Below the pieces are notes generated by a model, which ran no database searches, was not told where the DNA came from, and worked only from the letters and a program-made list of their open reading frames with translations. Source: an uncultured Nitrospiraceae bacterium (GTDB lineage: Bacteria > Nitrospirota > Thermodesulfovibrionia > UBA6902). Taken from it: DNA of 62,002 nt. Positions 1-8,263 of this stretch are shown here, one piece after another. Position 1 is the stretch's first letter; every line of letters begins with the position of its first letter. The stretch spans positions 1 through 62,002 of the forward strand of contig CAYMUX010000004.1 of assembly GCA_964393845.1 (NCBI GenBank). Reading direction: 5' to 3'. A program made the position numbers and the translations under genes.

Positions 1-290
1 GCTTTATCTTGCTGGGCATAAAGATCTATTTTCTGGAGAGATCGTGGGATATGCACAGAGGGGTTTTGCTTCCCCAGGGTTACCTCGGGGCCTAAACTGA
101 ATAACAGGTTCCCTGCCTTAAAACCTATGGTAATGCCGGCCTTTTCTTCATAAACATAGCAGTCTAGTTCATCGACTTTGATATACTCTGTCCTTGATTC
201 ATCAAGGTATATCTTGACCTTCGCATCGGCATGAGCGCATACAAAAAGCAGAAGCACTGAAATAAGCACAACAAATACATTTTTTTTCAT
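1..290 (-). CDS. hypothetical secreted protein, N-terminal part only (3' end lies beyond the left edge)
   Basis: ATG at 290 on the minus strand opens MKKNVFVVLISVLLLFVCAHADAKVKIYLDE... The N-terminus looks like a signal peptide and the frame stays open to position 1. It is absent from the ORF track because no stop lies in the window. Confidence 0.45.
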   Translation of the reverse strand, partial: MKKNVFVVLISVLLLFVCAHADAKVKIYLDESRTEYIKVDELDCYVYEEKAGITIGFKAGNLLFSLGPEVTLGKQNPSVHIPRSLQKIDLYAQQDK

Positions 291-327
291 GTCAGCCTCA
301 CTTTCCTGTGCATAAATATAAATTAAA

Positions 328-843
328 TTACTCCACGCATTTCTCAAAATCGCTTACGATCTTCGCGATACGGCCGACAATATATTTCCCAAGCGCTTCA
401 GCTTCTTCGCTCGTTATTTTTTTAATATCATGGGACAGACTTTCAATTTTCTCATAATCCATCCCGATAGTCCTGTTTATCATAAATGAATCCACTTCGC
501 TGTCATCAAGCAGAAGTCCGCAGGCCCCTACCGCACCCAGAAAATCCCCATTCACGAATATCGGAACAACCAGCTTTAACAATCCTGCGTCGCACTCTCC
601 TATAAAGGTACCCTTACTCTCTTTAGCCATACCTGCAATGTTCATATGGGCAACAGCGCAGATGAAGCTCTGCCCACTGTCATCAGCCTTGATTGCCGGA
701 CAAAGACGATTAACCCACTCCTTATAATCGGTTATTCTCATCCCGTCAACATTGAATACATTTGAGGCCAGACCGGACTTTTTGAAAATATCTTTTTCCA
801 GCTCAAGCCATTTGTCAATGGGTAACATATCGGCAAGTTTCAT
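328..843 (-). CDS. PocR-type sensory domain protein
   Basis: 171-aa ORF. The core ...FICAVAHMN...ECDAGLLKLVVPIFVNGDFLGAVGACG... matches the conserved Cys/ChaGL-like core of PocR ligand-binding domains (recalled). Confidence 0.6.
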   Translation of the reverse strand: MKLADMLPIDKWLELEKDIFKKSGLASNVFNVDGMRITDYKEWVNRLCPAIKADDSGQSFICAVAHMNIAGMAKESKGTFIGECDAGLLKLVVPIFVNGDFLGAVGACGLLLDDSEVDSFMINRTIGMDYEKIESLSHDIKKITSEEAEALGKYIVGRIAKIVSDFEKCVE

Positions 844-1201
844 TTTCCACTCCTTTCAGATCACAAAAGATTTCGGCAAAGATATTAAATTATACTAACT
901 GGAATAAACTCCGTAAACCCCATTAGATAACTGCGTTCTCTAATGTTAATAATTTTCTCTAACGGGTAAACCCGGGTTTCAAGTAAATAGTTATTATTAA
1001 AGATTCAGATCAAATTTCATAAACGATTCATAGTTCTTATAGCGTTAATTCATACCGTAATTCACTAAGTTATCACCTTACGCTAGATTACCAATTCTTT
1101 CTGAGGGGAATCACGCATGCATAGGTGGAAAATCCCATAAAATACTCCACTCACATTAAATTAAATGATTTATTTATTTACACTTTGTAAATTATTTTTA
1201 C

Positions 1202-1218
1202 AGGCATTGTTTTTGCAT
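1202..1218 (+). promoter_or_regulatory. candidate sigma-54 (-24/-12) promoter
   Basis: AGGCAT-TGTTT-TTGCAT has GG-N10-GC spacing. It lies about 30 nt upstream of the ATG at 1248, ahead of the GGAAGGGAGGG Shine-Dalgarno. Confidence 0.4.
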
Positions 1219-1247
1219 TTATTAATGATAGAGGAAGGGAGGGTAAA

Positions 1248-1556
1248 ATGCAAAAAGTAAATTGCTGGGAAGTAAAGAAATGTGGCAGGGAACCAGGGGG
1301 AGCAAAGACAGGAGAGTTGGGGGTGTGTCCTGCTGTTTCGGATGCATCATCCAATGGAATAAACAGCGGGAAAAATGGCGGACGTATTTGCTGGGCGGTT
1401 GCCGGGACATTCTGCGGCGGCAAGGTCCAGGGAGACTTTGCGCAAAAACAGGTTTCCTGCCTGTCATGTGAAGTCTTCAAGAAGGTAAAAATTGAAGAAG
1501 GTTCGGAATTCAGGTTAATGAAATCCGGTCAGGCTTATCATGTAGCAGCCCGATAG
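1248..1556 (+). CDS. small Cys-rich protein with two CW motifs (two-CW-domain-like)
   Basis: 102 aa with a strong SD. It contains NCWEVKKCGRE and RICWAVAGTFCGG followed by CLSC. This matches my recollection of the 'two-CW' domain found alone or at the N-terminus of signalling proteins. Confidence 0.6.
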   Translation: MQKVNCWEVKKCGREPGGAKTGELGVCPAVSDASSNGINSGKNGGRICWAVAGTFCGGKVQGDFAQKQVSCLSCEVFKKVKIEEGSEFRLMKSGQAYHVAAR

Positions 1557-1843
1557 TTCACAGCCAATCTCATATCTTCTATAAAAAGGTTACTGGGTTA
1601 TCCCTTAACCTTTTTTTTCTCACACATTCTTCAATCCTTCCCATTTTTTTAAAGAATAATGCCAAGCATTTTTTATAGCTCCATTAATCCTTGCAGCCCG
1701 GCTATATATTTTTACACCCCATATTGCAAATAGTGCATTTTGGGATTAGACTTATTAATAGAACTATTTTGCTATTTACAAAACAAATTATGCTAAGAAA
1801 ATTAAAATTTCTGGGAAATATTTACACATATAAGCTACAAGGC

Positions 1844-2305
1844 ATGTTGGGACTGAAAAAGTCGGACATCATGTCAACTATAAATGATTATTACAGGGAT
1901 TCATTCAAAAATCTCAGGAAAGAAGACGTTGCTGTAATCCTTCCTCATTGCCTCATAGACGATAAATGCCCTGCCAGATTCTCTAAGTCAGACGGGGTCA
2001 TGTGTACCAAATGCAAACTCTGCGGATGTGGAAAGATTTATGAATCAGCAGAACAAAAAGGATATCAATTTTACATCACCCCGAGTGTAGGTTTTACTAA
2101 AAGACTCATTCAAAGAAAAAAAGTGAAAGGCGTCATCGGGATTGCCTGTGATTATGAAATAGAAAGAGGCATTCATTCTGAAAAAATTACTGTCATGGGC
2201 GTAAGAGTAAACGGAACGAGAGTAAAAACCCAGGGCCTTCGTCTTCATGTATATGATTGTATCCGCAACGACGTTGACTGGGAAAAGATAGAAGAAATGA
2301 TGTAG
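1844..2305 (+). CDS. DUF116-like Cys-rich protein (start uncertain: 1790, 1844 or 1871)
   Basis: The track ORF 1691..2305 begins at TTG. Internal ATGs follow at 1790, 1844 and 1871. The body PHCLIDDKCPARF...CTKCKLCGCGKI...GIACDYE resembles DUF116 proteins. Confidence 0.55.
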   Translation: MLGLKKSDIMSTINDYYRDSFKNLRKEDVAVILPHCLIDDKCPARFSKSDGVMCTKCKLCGCGKIYESAEQKGYQFYITPSVGFTKRLIQRKKVKGVIGIACDYEIERGIHSEKITVMGVRVNGTRVKTQGLRLHVYDCIRNDVDWEKIEEMM

Positions 2306-2525
2306 ACTGCAAAAATAAGGGAAGCTGTCAGCTGCCGGCCCACCACCTTTGCAATATCCATTCTCCCCTACTCAGTATTAGTAATTTATAATCCGGCTTA
2401 AGTGATATCCATAAAGCGGACATTAAAAAAACTGTTTCATATAAAAAGTAAAATATTTATAATAGACGCATAAGACGGCTTTTCTTTGTCATACGGAATT
2501 TCATATAACTTAAAGGGGGGTTAAT

Positions 2526-2687
2526 ATGGCATCAAGCAATACGATATGTGCAATATGTGCATGGAGGGCCACCTGCCAGAAGAAGTTTTCCATAAGTGGC
2601 AAGGATATTAAATGCGCTGATTTTGTAAAGGATGTATCGATTAAGGTAAAAAAAGATGCGGGAGAAGTCGGATCTGAGAAAAAATAG
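2526..2687 (+). CDS. unannotated 53-aa Cys-rich small protein
   Basis: AAAGGGGGG lies 5 nt before the ATG. The product is MASSNTICAICAWRATCQKKFSISGKDIKCADFVKDVSIKVKKDAGEVGSEKK*. It falls below the 60-aa cutoff of the ORF track. Confidence 0.5.
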   Translation: MASSNTICAICAWRATCQKKFSISGKDIKCADFVKDVSIKVKKDAGEVGSEKK

Positions 2688-2762
2688 CATTAAGTAGGTG
2701 ATGTCAGGCGTAACACGTTTGGTTGCGCAAAATACAGCTACTTAGTTGACCCTGCTATTTTT

Positions 2763-3830
2763 TCAGGACACAGCCGTGTCCTCCTGTTCAGTTTCTTCAA
2801 GAGTATAAATTTCCAATAAGGACAAACATAGTGATGCAATAAGTGGCCCGAGAACAAAGCCGAGAAAGCCTAAATAATTAATTCCCCCTAAAATGCTGAA
2901 GAAAATTAAAAGGGCATGCAGCTTGGTCCTGCCGCCAATAACAAGGGGTCTGATGACATTATCAATGCTGCCGATTAAAACAACAGAGTACACAAGAAAG
3001 CCTATACCTTTTGCATAACCTGCTGTTAACAGCAGGTATATACCGGCCGGTACCCATATGGCAGCACACCCAATAACCGGAATAAAGGAAAATATTGCCA
3101 TTGCCGTTCCCCATAATACCGGCGAAGGCAGGCCGAAGGCAAAAAAAGCAATCCCCCCAAGCACTCCCTGCGCTACCGCTACAGCCAGACCTCCATAAAT
3201 TGCCGCGATAACCAGTTCCCTTACGCGCTGTTCAAGCCTGTCCTTTTGAATCTCCGAAAAAGGCAGCAGCTTCTTTATGAAATTAACAAGCGCATTCCCG
3301 TCTACCAGAAAATAATATGTTGTTAAACAAATCATGAAGAAGTTTACTATTAATAACACTGCGTTTGTAAAAAAATCCGTTGTATGTGCCGCAATTAAGC
3401 TTCCAATTGACTTTAAGGAATCAACCGCACCCTGCCGGAAGTCAAAACCTTCAAATATCTTGTACGAACTGATCTCTTCAAATAAGGCTTTCAGCCTTGG
3501 GTGATCTTGGATCTGAGTCACAGTCTCAAATCCCTTTTCCTCAATAGTGCTGTAAACATCGGTAATGTCACTCACAAGGGTCCCTATAATAAAAGAGAAC
3601 GGGCCCAACATTATAATCAGAATAATTGTCAGTGTGATCAGAGAAGCCAGCCAGGGTCTTTTTATAAACCTTTGCAGGAATTTATTAAGCGGATAAAACG
3701 TAATGCTCAGTACCATGGCCCATGCTATTATAATCAGAAATGGACTGAGCACCTTGTATAACAGATAAAACAGGACAACAATTATTGCCAGTGAAATTGT
3801 TTTGTATAGCCATTCGGTTTTCATAGTCAA
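2763..3830 (-). CDS. AI-2E family transporter (PerM/UPF0118-like permease)
   Basis: 355 aa and polytopic. The C-terminal ...IPVIGCAAIWVPAGIYLL...SIDNVIRPLVIG... pattern is typical of the family. Confidence 0.85.
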   Translation of the reverse strand: MTMKTEWLYKTISLAIIVVLFYLLYKVLSPFLIIIAWAMVLSITFYPLNKFLQRFIKRPWLASLITLTIILIIMLGPFSFIIGTLVSDITDVYSTIEEKGFETVTQIQDHPRLKALFEEISSYKIFEGFDFRQGAVDSLKSIGSLIAAHTTDFFTNAVLLIVNFFMICLTTYYFLVDGNALVNFIKKLLPFSEIQKDRLEQRVRELVIAAIYGGLAVAVAQGVLGGIAFFAFGLPSPVLWGTAMAIFSFIPVIGCAAIWVPAGIYLLLTAGYAKGIGFLVYSVVLIGSIDNVIRPLVIGGRTKLHALLIFFSILGGINYLGFLGFVLGPLIASLCLSLLEIYTLEETEQEDTAVS

Positions 3831-3935
3831 TGAAAAAATTCAATAGGTATTTTACAGCATTTATAATAAATTGGGTAATTATTGAAGTTATTAAAGAGTA
3901 CGCCTTTCCTCAAGAGGGCTTTATATGTAATATTT

Positions 3936-3967
3936 GATTCGTAATTTGTAATTCGTTATTCGTAATT
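3936..3967. repeat. tandem heptamer repeat (AATTACG-like, about 4.5 units)
   Basis: gattcgtaatttgtaattcgttattcgtaatt sits immediately 3' of the D-aminoacylase stop. The same heptamer recurs at 38059 and 50213. Confidence 0.6.
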
Positions 3968-3973
3968 ATTTTT

Positions 3974-5551
3974 TTACCTGAGCACCCTTCCCGGCAAAGC
4001 CCCTGTCAGCTTACCTTCCAAAAGGACCGGAGCGCCGTTAATAAAGACATGATAAATACCTTCCGGCCTTCGAAAGGGGTCTTTATAATCAGCGGTATCG
4101 ATTATTTTATCGGGATCAAATATCGTGATATCCGCGAAAAAACCCTTTCTAAGTATCCCGCGCCGTTTGATCCCAAAAATTCCCGCAGACAAGGCAGTCA
4201 TTTTATAAACAGCTTCACTGAGTGTTAAGACACCGAGCTCTCTCACATACCGTCCCAGTATCCTCGGAAAGGAGCCGAAACCCCTTGGATGGGGCATACC
4301 TTTTGCCGTGATGCCGCTGAAACTCCGGACTGCGCTGTCCGTGCCTATCACGCAATATGGACGCTTCAGAATAGATTTGAGATTATCTTCATTCATGGTA
4401 AAAAAAATGGCCCCTACTTTTATTCCTTCATCCAGCAAGATATCAAACACACTCAGCAATTCTGTCTTGCCTTGAGCCACGGATATTTCGGAAATACTCT
4501 TGCCTTCCATCCATCTGTTCTTATCCGAACTTACAGAAGATATTACGACTTTATCCCAATCTGATGACCGGGAGTAGTCTTTGAGAATGTCTTTTGCAAG
4601 TTCCTCACGCTGATTCTTCAATCGAGATATTTCTTTATTATGACCGCCTTCAAATGCCCAGGAAGGCAAAACCGTATCAAGGTCCGTGCTTGAGGCTATG
4701 TAGGGGTATCTATCGCAGGTAATTGAGATACCCCTGTCACGTGACTTTTCAATCATATCGAAAACGTTATCAAGCTTCTTCCAGTTCTTTTCACCGCTTG
4801 TTTTGATATGAGATATATGAGCACGTATCCCTGCCTTGCCTGCTATGTTAATGACTTCCTCCACGGACTCAAGCAGGTTATCTCCTTCACTTCTCATGTG
4901 GGTTGTATAAATACCTTTATACTTTGCTACTTCCTGCGCGAGTCCAATAATTTCAGAAGTGTCGGAATATATGCCGGGAGGATAGATAAGTCCTGTAGAC
5001 AGTCCTTTCGCGCCTTCATCCAAAGAAGTTCTTAGAAGGGCCATCATCTTTTCCATATCAGATTCTGAAAGAGATTTGTTTGCATATCCAATAACGGATG
5101 CCCTGAGATTGCCGTGACCGGCAAGAGTTGCAAAATTTGTAGCAAATTTCCTTTTTTCCAACAGCATGAAATATTCTGAAAAGGTCCGCCACCTGTCTTT
5201 TATATTTATTTCATCAAGCTCGCTCTCCCTCTGTTCAAGTGCAGGCCCGTATAGAGGTGCAGCAGACAAACCGCAATTGCCGTTTATTTCCGTAGTAACT
5301 CCCTGGGAGATCTTCCCTTCCGCCCTGCCGTCTGCAAGCAGAGCAAATTCGGAATGCGCATGAGCATCTATAAAACCCGGACAAACAATGAGTCCTTTGA
5401 CATTGATAGTCCTGTCAGCGCTAACATATGAAAGATCGCCTATATCCTTTATACAGTCACCTTCTATAGCAATATCCATCTGCTTTGGAAGAACATCGGG
5501 AGACGATCCATCAATAACAGTTCCGTCCTTAAGTAAATAATCAATGCTCAA
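3974..5551 (-). CDS. N-acyl-D-amino-acid deacylase (D-aminoacylase), amidohydrolase superfamily
   Basis: 525 aa. It has the PGFIDAHAHSE metal-binding motif, and its length and overall pattern fit D-aminoacylases. Confidence 0.85.
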   Translation of the reverse strand: MSIDYLLKDGTVIDGSSPDVLPKQMDIAIEGDCIKDIGDLSYVSADRTINVKGLIVCPGFIDAHAHSEFALLADGRAEGKISQGVTTEINGNCGLSAAPLYGPALEQRESELDEINIKDRWRTFSEYFMLLEKRKFATNFATLAGHGNLRASVIGYANKSLSESDMEKMMALLRTSLDEGAKGLSTGLIYPPGIYSDTSEIIGLAQEVAKYKGIYTTHMRSEGDNLLESVEEVINIAGKAGIRAHISHIKTSGEKNWKKLDNVFDMIEKSRDRGISITCDRYPYIASSTDLDTVLPSWAFEGGHNKEISRLKNQREELAKDILKDYSRSSDWDKVVISSVSSDKNRWMEGKSISEISVAQGKTELLSVFDILLDEGIKVGAIFFTMNEDNLKSILKRPYCVIGTDSAVRSFSGITAKGMPHPRGFGSFPRILGRYVRELGVLTLSEAVYKMTALSAGIFGIKRRGILRKGFFADITIFDPDKIIDTADYKDPFRRPEGIYHVFINGAPVLLEGKLTGALPGRVLR

Positions 5552-6156
5552 ATTCTTTCTCCTATATCCGATATCTCTTTCGCCTTTTGCAGACTCCGCT
5601 CAAAGAGGGGGGTCAGTAATGAAACAGCAAGTCTCACTTTCCCTGCCAGACTTGTCCCTTCGGAGTTTTTAACATCTTTGTACAATTCCATGGCCTCATT
5701 ATAAACAATTGGCAGCAGCCGCAGAGTAAGTGACATAGTCAACATAAACTCCTTTACAAATCCTGATCTTCCCACAGGTCCAAGGAGTCTGCCCATCCCG
5801 GCCACCAGATCCTCTGCCTTGGTTGTTGCAGTTAATACCTTTGCCCCGAGTATTAATATAACGAGTCTCAAAGTCAGCCGGCCTCCCCTTACAAGACCTT
5901 CTTCAGTTATCGGAAGACCAAAGATTTTATAGATTATCTTCCCTTCCTGGAAAAAGACGTTGCTTATAAAAGTAAATGTAAGAAAAAGGACAATAGGAAC
6001 TGCACCGCGTTTGAGTGTCGACACAGGTACCTTGAATGCAAAGACTGTTACACAACAAAGGAGAAGAAGATTAATCGTATCGGAGTTTGAAAGAAAGACT
6101 GCCAAGATGAGGAGTATATAAAGTATTATCTTAGCCTGCGGGCTAAATCTTTTCAC
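5548..6156 (-). CDS. CbiQ/EcfT-like energy-coupling-factor transmembrane protein
   Basis: 202-aa membrane protein whose 4-nt overlaps with both neighbours suggest translational coupling. The family call is from general pattern only. Confidence 0.5.
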   Translation of the reverse strand: MKRFSPQAKIILYILLILAVFLSNSDTINLLLLCCVTVFAFKVPVSTLKRGAVPIVLFLTFTFISNVFFQEGKIIYKIFGLPITEEGLVRGGRLTLRLVILILGAKVLTATTKAEDLVAGMGRLLGPVGRSGFVKEFMLTMSLTLRLLPIVYNEAMELYKDVKNSEGTSLAGKVRLAVSLLTPLFERSLQKAKEISDIGERI

Positions 6157-7442
6157 TAATTGCTCTTCATCCCGCTCGAAAGAAAGCTGCCATCTTTTGA
6201 GTCAGTATACGCTGTTTGAGAACTATATTCACTGACGGGTTGAACTTTTTCTAACGGGGGAAACATTGCTTCACCCGCGGGAATATTTTCTCTGTCCTCA
6301 TCCACAATAAGGGTTGACTGTGAAATATAGGCATTAATTCCAATGGCAATGGCTTCAGCTATTTTATTTCTATAATCGCTTACAGCAAGTCTTTTTTCTT
6401 CTTCATGATTACTGATAAAAGAAATCTCAACAAGTATAGACGGCATCTCGGCTCCCACAAGCACATAAAATAGCGCATATTTTACACCCAGGTCCTCTAT
6501 TTTAGAATAGTCACTCTTGAGAGTAGTAACCATCGCATTTTGCACGCTGTGGGCGAGTCTCATTGACTCTTCCCGCTTATTGTTTCTTGCAAGGTCCTGA
6601 AGAATCATCTGCAGCCCGTCCTGGATTTCCTGCATTTTACTGATCGAGATTTTATTTTCTCTTGCTGCAACTCTCAAGGCCTCTTTATTATTTGTCCAGT
6701 TAAGAAAGTATGTCTCGATACCCCTTGCTTTCCTCTTTTCGCTTGCATTAACGTGAAGAGAAATAAAAAGATCGGCCTTTTTGGAATTTGCTATTTCTGT
6801 CCTATCATTTAAAGGAACAAATACATCCCTGTCCCTTGTATAAATAACATCCACGCCGCACTTCGCTTTAATTATCTCCCCGAGTTTTTCCCCAACGTAT
6901 AAAGTAATATCTTTCTCACGAAGTCCCCCCTGACCGATTGCTCCCGGGTCCTTACCTCCATGTCCCGGGTCAATAACGATAGTCTTTATTTTATTCAGGC
7001 TGTTATCCGGTAATGCCTTCCGGTTGCTTTCGTTATCACTTCTGTCCTCATTTACAACTACCGGATAAACATCAATAACAAGCCTATTAGGTTCCTCCAA
7101 CAAAAATGCAGAAAATTTTTCCAACTTATCAATATCCAGAACAACCCTTACCGTATTTATATTAAACTGTGCCACGCGAACTGTTTTGAGGATGCCATTC
7201 TCTATATGAATAGAGGTTTTTGCATCCCCGGATAAGACACATTTTTTTAAGTCAAAAAAAAGGCGGTCAGGACTGGAAATGCGGTTTTGAGTAAACTCGA
7301 TGGGACCGTTTAAATCAACTACAATTCTTGTGTAATTTTCATATGATGAGTAGCGAAGTTTCTGAACAGATGTTTGCTTCGTTGCCTCACCGGTGCTTAG
7401 CAATAAAACAAACAGTAAAGGCAGCATAAAAGCCTTTTTCAT
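6156..7442 (-). CDS. N-acetylmuramoyl-L-alanine amidase with N-terminal AMIN domain (AmiC-like)
   Basis: It has a signal peptide, an AMIN-like segment (YTRIVVDL...PNRLVIDVY) and an Amidase_3 core (VIDPGHGGKDPGAIG...SLHVNA...E). Confidence 0.85.
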   Translation of the reverse strand: MKKAFMLPLLFVLLLSTGEATKQTSVQKLRYSSYENYTRIVVDLNGPIEFTQNRISSPDRLFFDLKKCVLSGDAKTSIHIENGILKTVRVAQFNINTVRVVLDIDKLEKFSAFLLEEPNRLVIDVYPVVVNEDRSDNESNRKALPDNSLNKIKTIVIDPGHGGKDPGAIGQGGLREKDITLYVGEKLGEIIKAKCGVDVIYTRDRDVFVPLNDRTEIANSKKADLFISLHVNASEKRKARGIETYFLNWTNNKEALRVAARENKISISKMQEIQDGLQMILQDLARNNKREESMRLAHSVQNAMVTTLKSDYSKIEDLGVKYALFYVLVGAEMPSILVEISFISNHEEEKRLAVSDYRNKIAEAIAIGINAYISQSTLIVDEDRENIPAGEAMFPPLEKVQPVSEYSSQTAYTDSKDGSFLSSGMKSN

Positions 7443-7880
7443 GTATTATTATTAAAATAAAAACAGTTGAAATGTCAATGTTGACGAGACGATATCTACA
7501 CGCAAATATTTTTCATTAGTTTAGTTATCAGAGAAATTTAATAAGGAATTTTATAAAGAGATTTTCAAATTAAAAGCGTGGTTAACTATCACTTCTTAAA
7601 CCATTTCTGAAATCTGCTTCATCCCAGAATATTATTAGAAATAATCCTATCTTCATAATTACTGGTCTTTCGTAAATGGCATCAACTTTTTAATTTCTTT
7701 AATGTCTAATAATAATGGGTTGAGTTTATTCTATTTATTTTTTTAAGTCAATAAATTTTTAGTTATAAAACTGTATATATTTTACTCGCTATCTTACGCT
7801 TGAGAAGTGTCTTTCAAGGAACAGATCATTGCACTAGATAATTCTATCCTGGCAGATGATAAAAGCTAAAACTAGTAGGG

Positions 7881-7904
7881 GCAAACCAATATTAATAGGT
7901 TTGC
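7881..7904 (-). terminator. hairpin overlapping the stop of the small gene
   Basis: gcaaacc/ggtttgc forms a 7-bp stem. On the minus strand it is followed by a moderately U-rich tract. Confidence 0.3.
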
Positions 7905-8083
7905 TTCAGTAACCAGCTTGCTTCATAACCCACCTCAATATCGCCAGATTCATGCTGTTGTAGTTGTGGGTATGTTTCAAGCAATTCATTAATGAGCTTT
8001 TCCCTTTCTTTCATGGTAATTTCCGCAAAGAAAGGAGACTCGTCAAGAATTGTAAAGAGAGAAAACCATTTTCTGAAAAACAT
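7892..8083 (-). CDS. hypothetical 63-aa protein
   Basis: GGAGG lies 5 nt before the ATG at 8083. The track start at 8113 is a TTG inside the predicted -12 promoter element. The product is MFFRKWFSLFTILDESPFFAEITMKEREKLINELLETYPQL... Confidence 0.45.
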   Translation of the reverse strand: MFFRKWFSLFTILDESPFFAEITMKEREKLINELLETYPQLQQHESGDIEVGYEASWLLKQTY

Positions 8084-8107
8084 ATTGACCTCCTTAACAT
8101 ATAGTTT

Positions 8108-8125
8108 TAGCAAATATTATGCCTA
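8108..8125 (-). promoter_or_regulatory. candidate sigma-54 promoter
   Basis: The minus strand reads TAGGCAT-AATAT-TTGCTA with GG-N10-GC spacing. It lies directly upstream of the SD of 7892..8083 and just downstream of the sigma-54 activator gene. Confidence 0.45.
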
Positions 8126-8187
8126 TAGTCAATTGTCTTAACGTACAGGGGGTTATGAATACAGTGTTAATGAAGATAGCAGTCCCA

Positions 8188-8229
8188 GTGTAAATTATAA
8201 TTACACTTAAAGGATTAAGTTTACACTTA
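8188..8229. promoter_or_regulatory. candidate enhancer (UAS) elements
   Basis: GTGTAA-N7-TTACAC inverted repeat at 8188..8206. TTACACTTA is directly repeated at 8201 and 8221, 20 bp apart. The site is 65-100 bp upstream of the sigma-54 promoter. Confidence 0.3.
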
Positions 8230-8263
8230 TTCTGTTCTATTAGGTGGGATAGCCGAGAAATAA

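Noticed and set aside
1178-1480. Overlapping track ORFs around the two-CW gene (1178..1480 minus, 1222..1467 minus, 1262..1471 plus).
   Set aside because: Only 1248..1556 has a strong SD and a recognisable Cys-motif architecture. The others are alternative-frame shadows.
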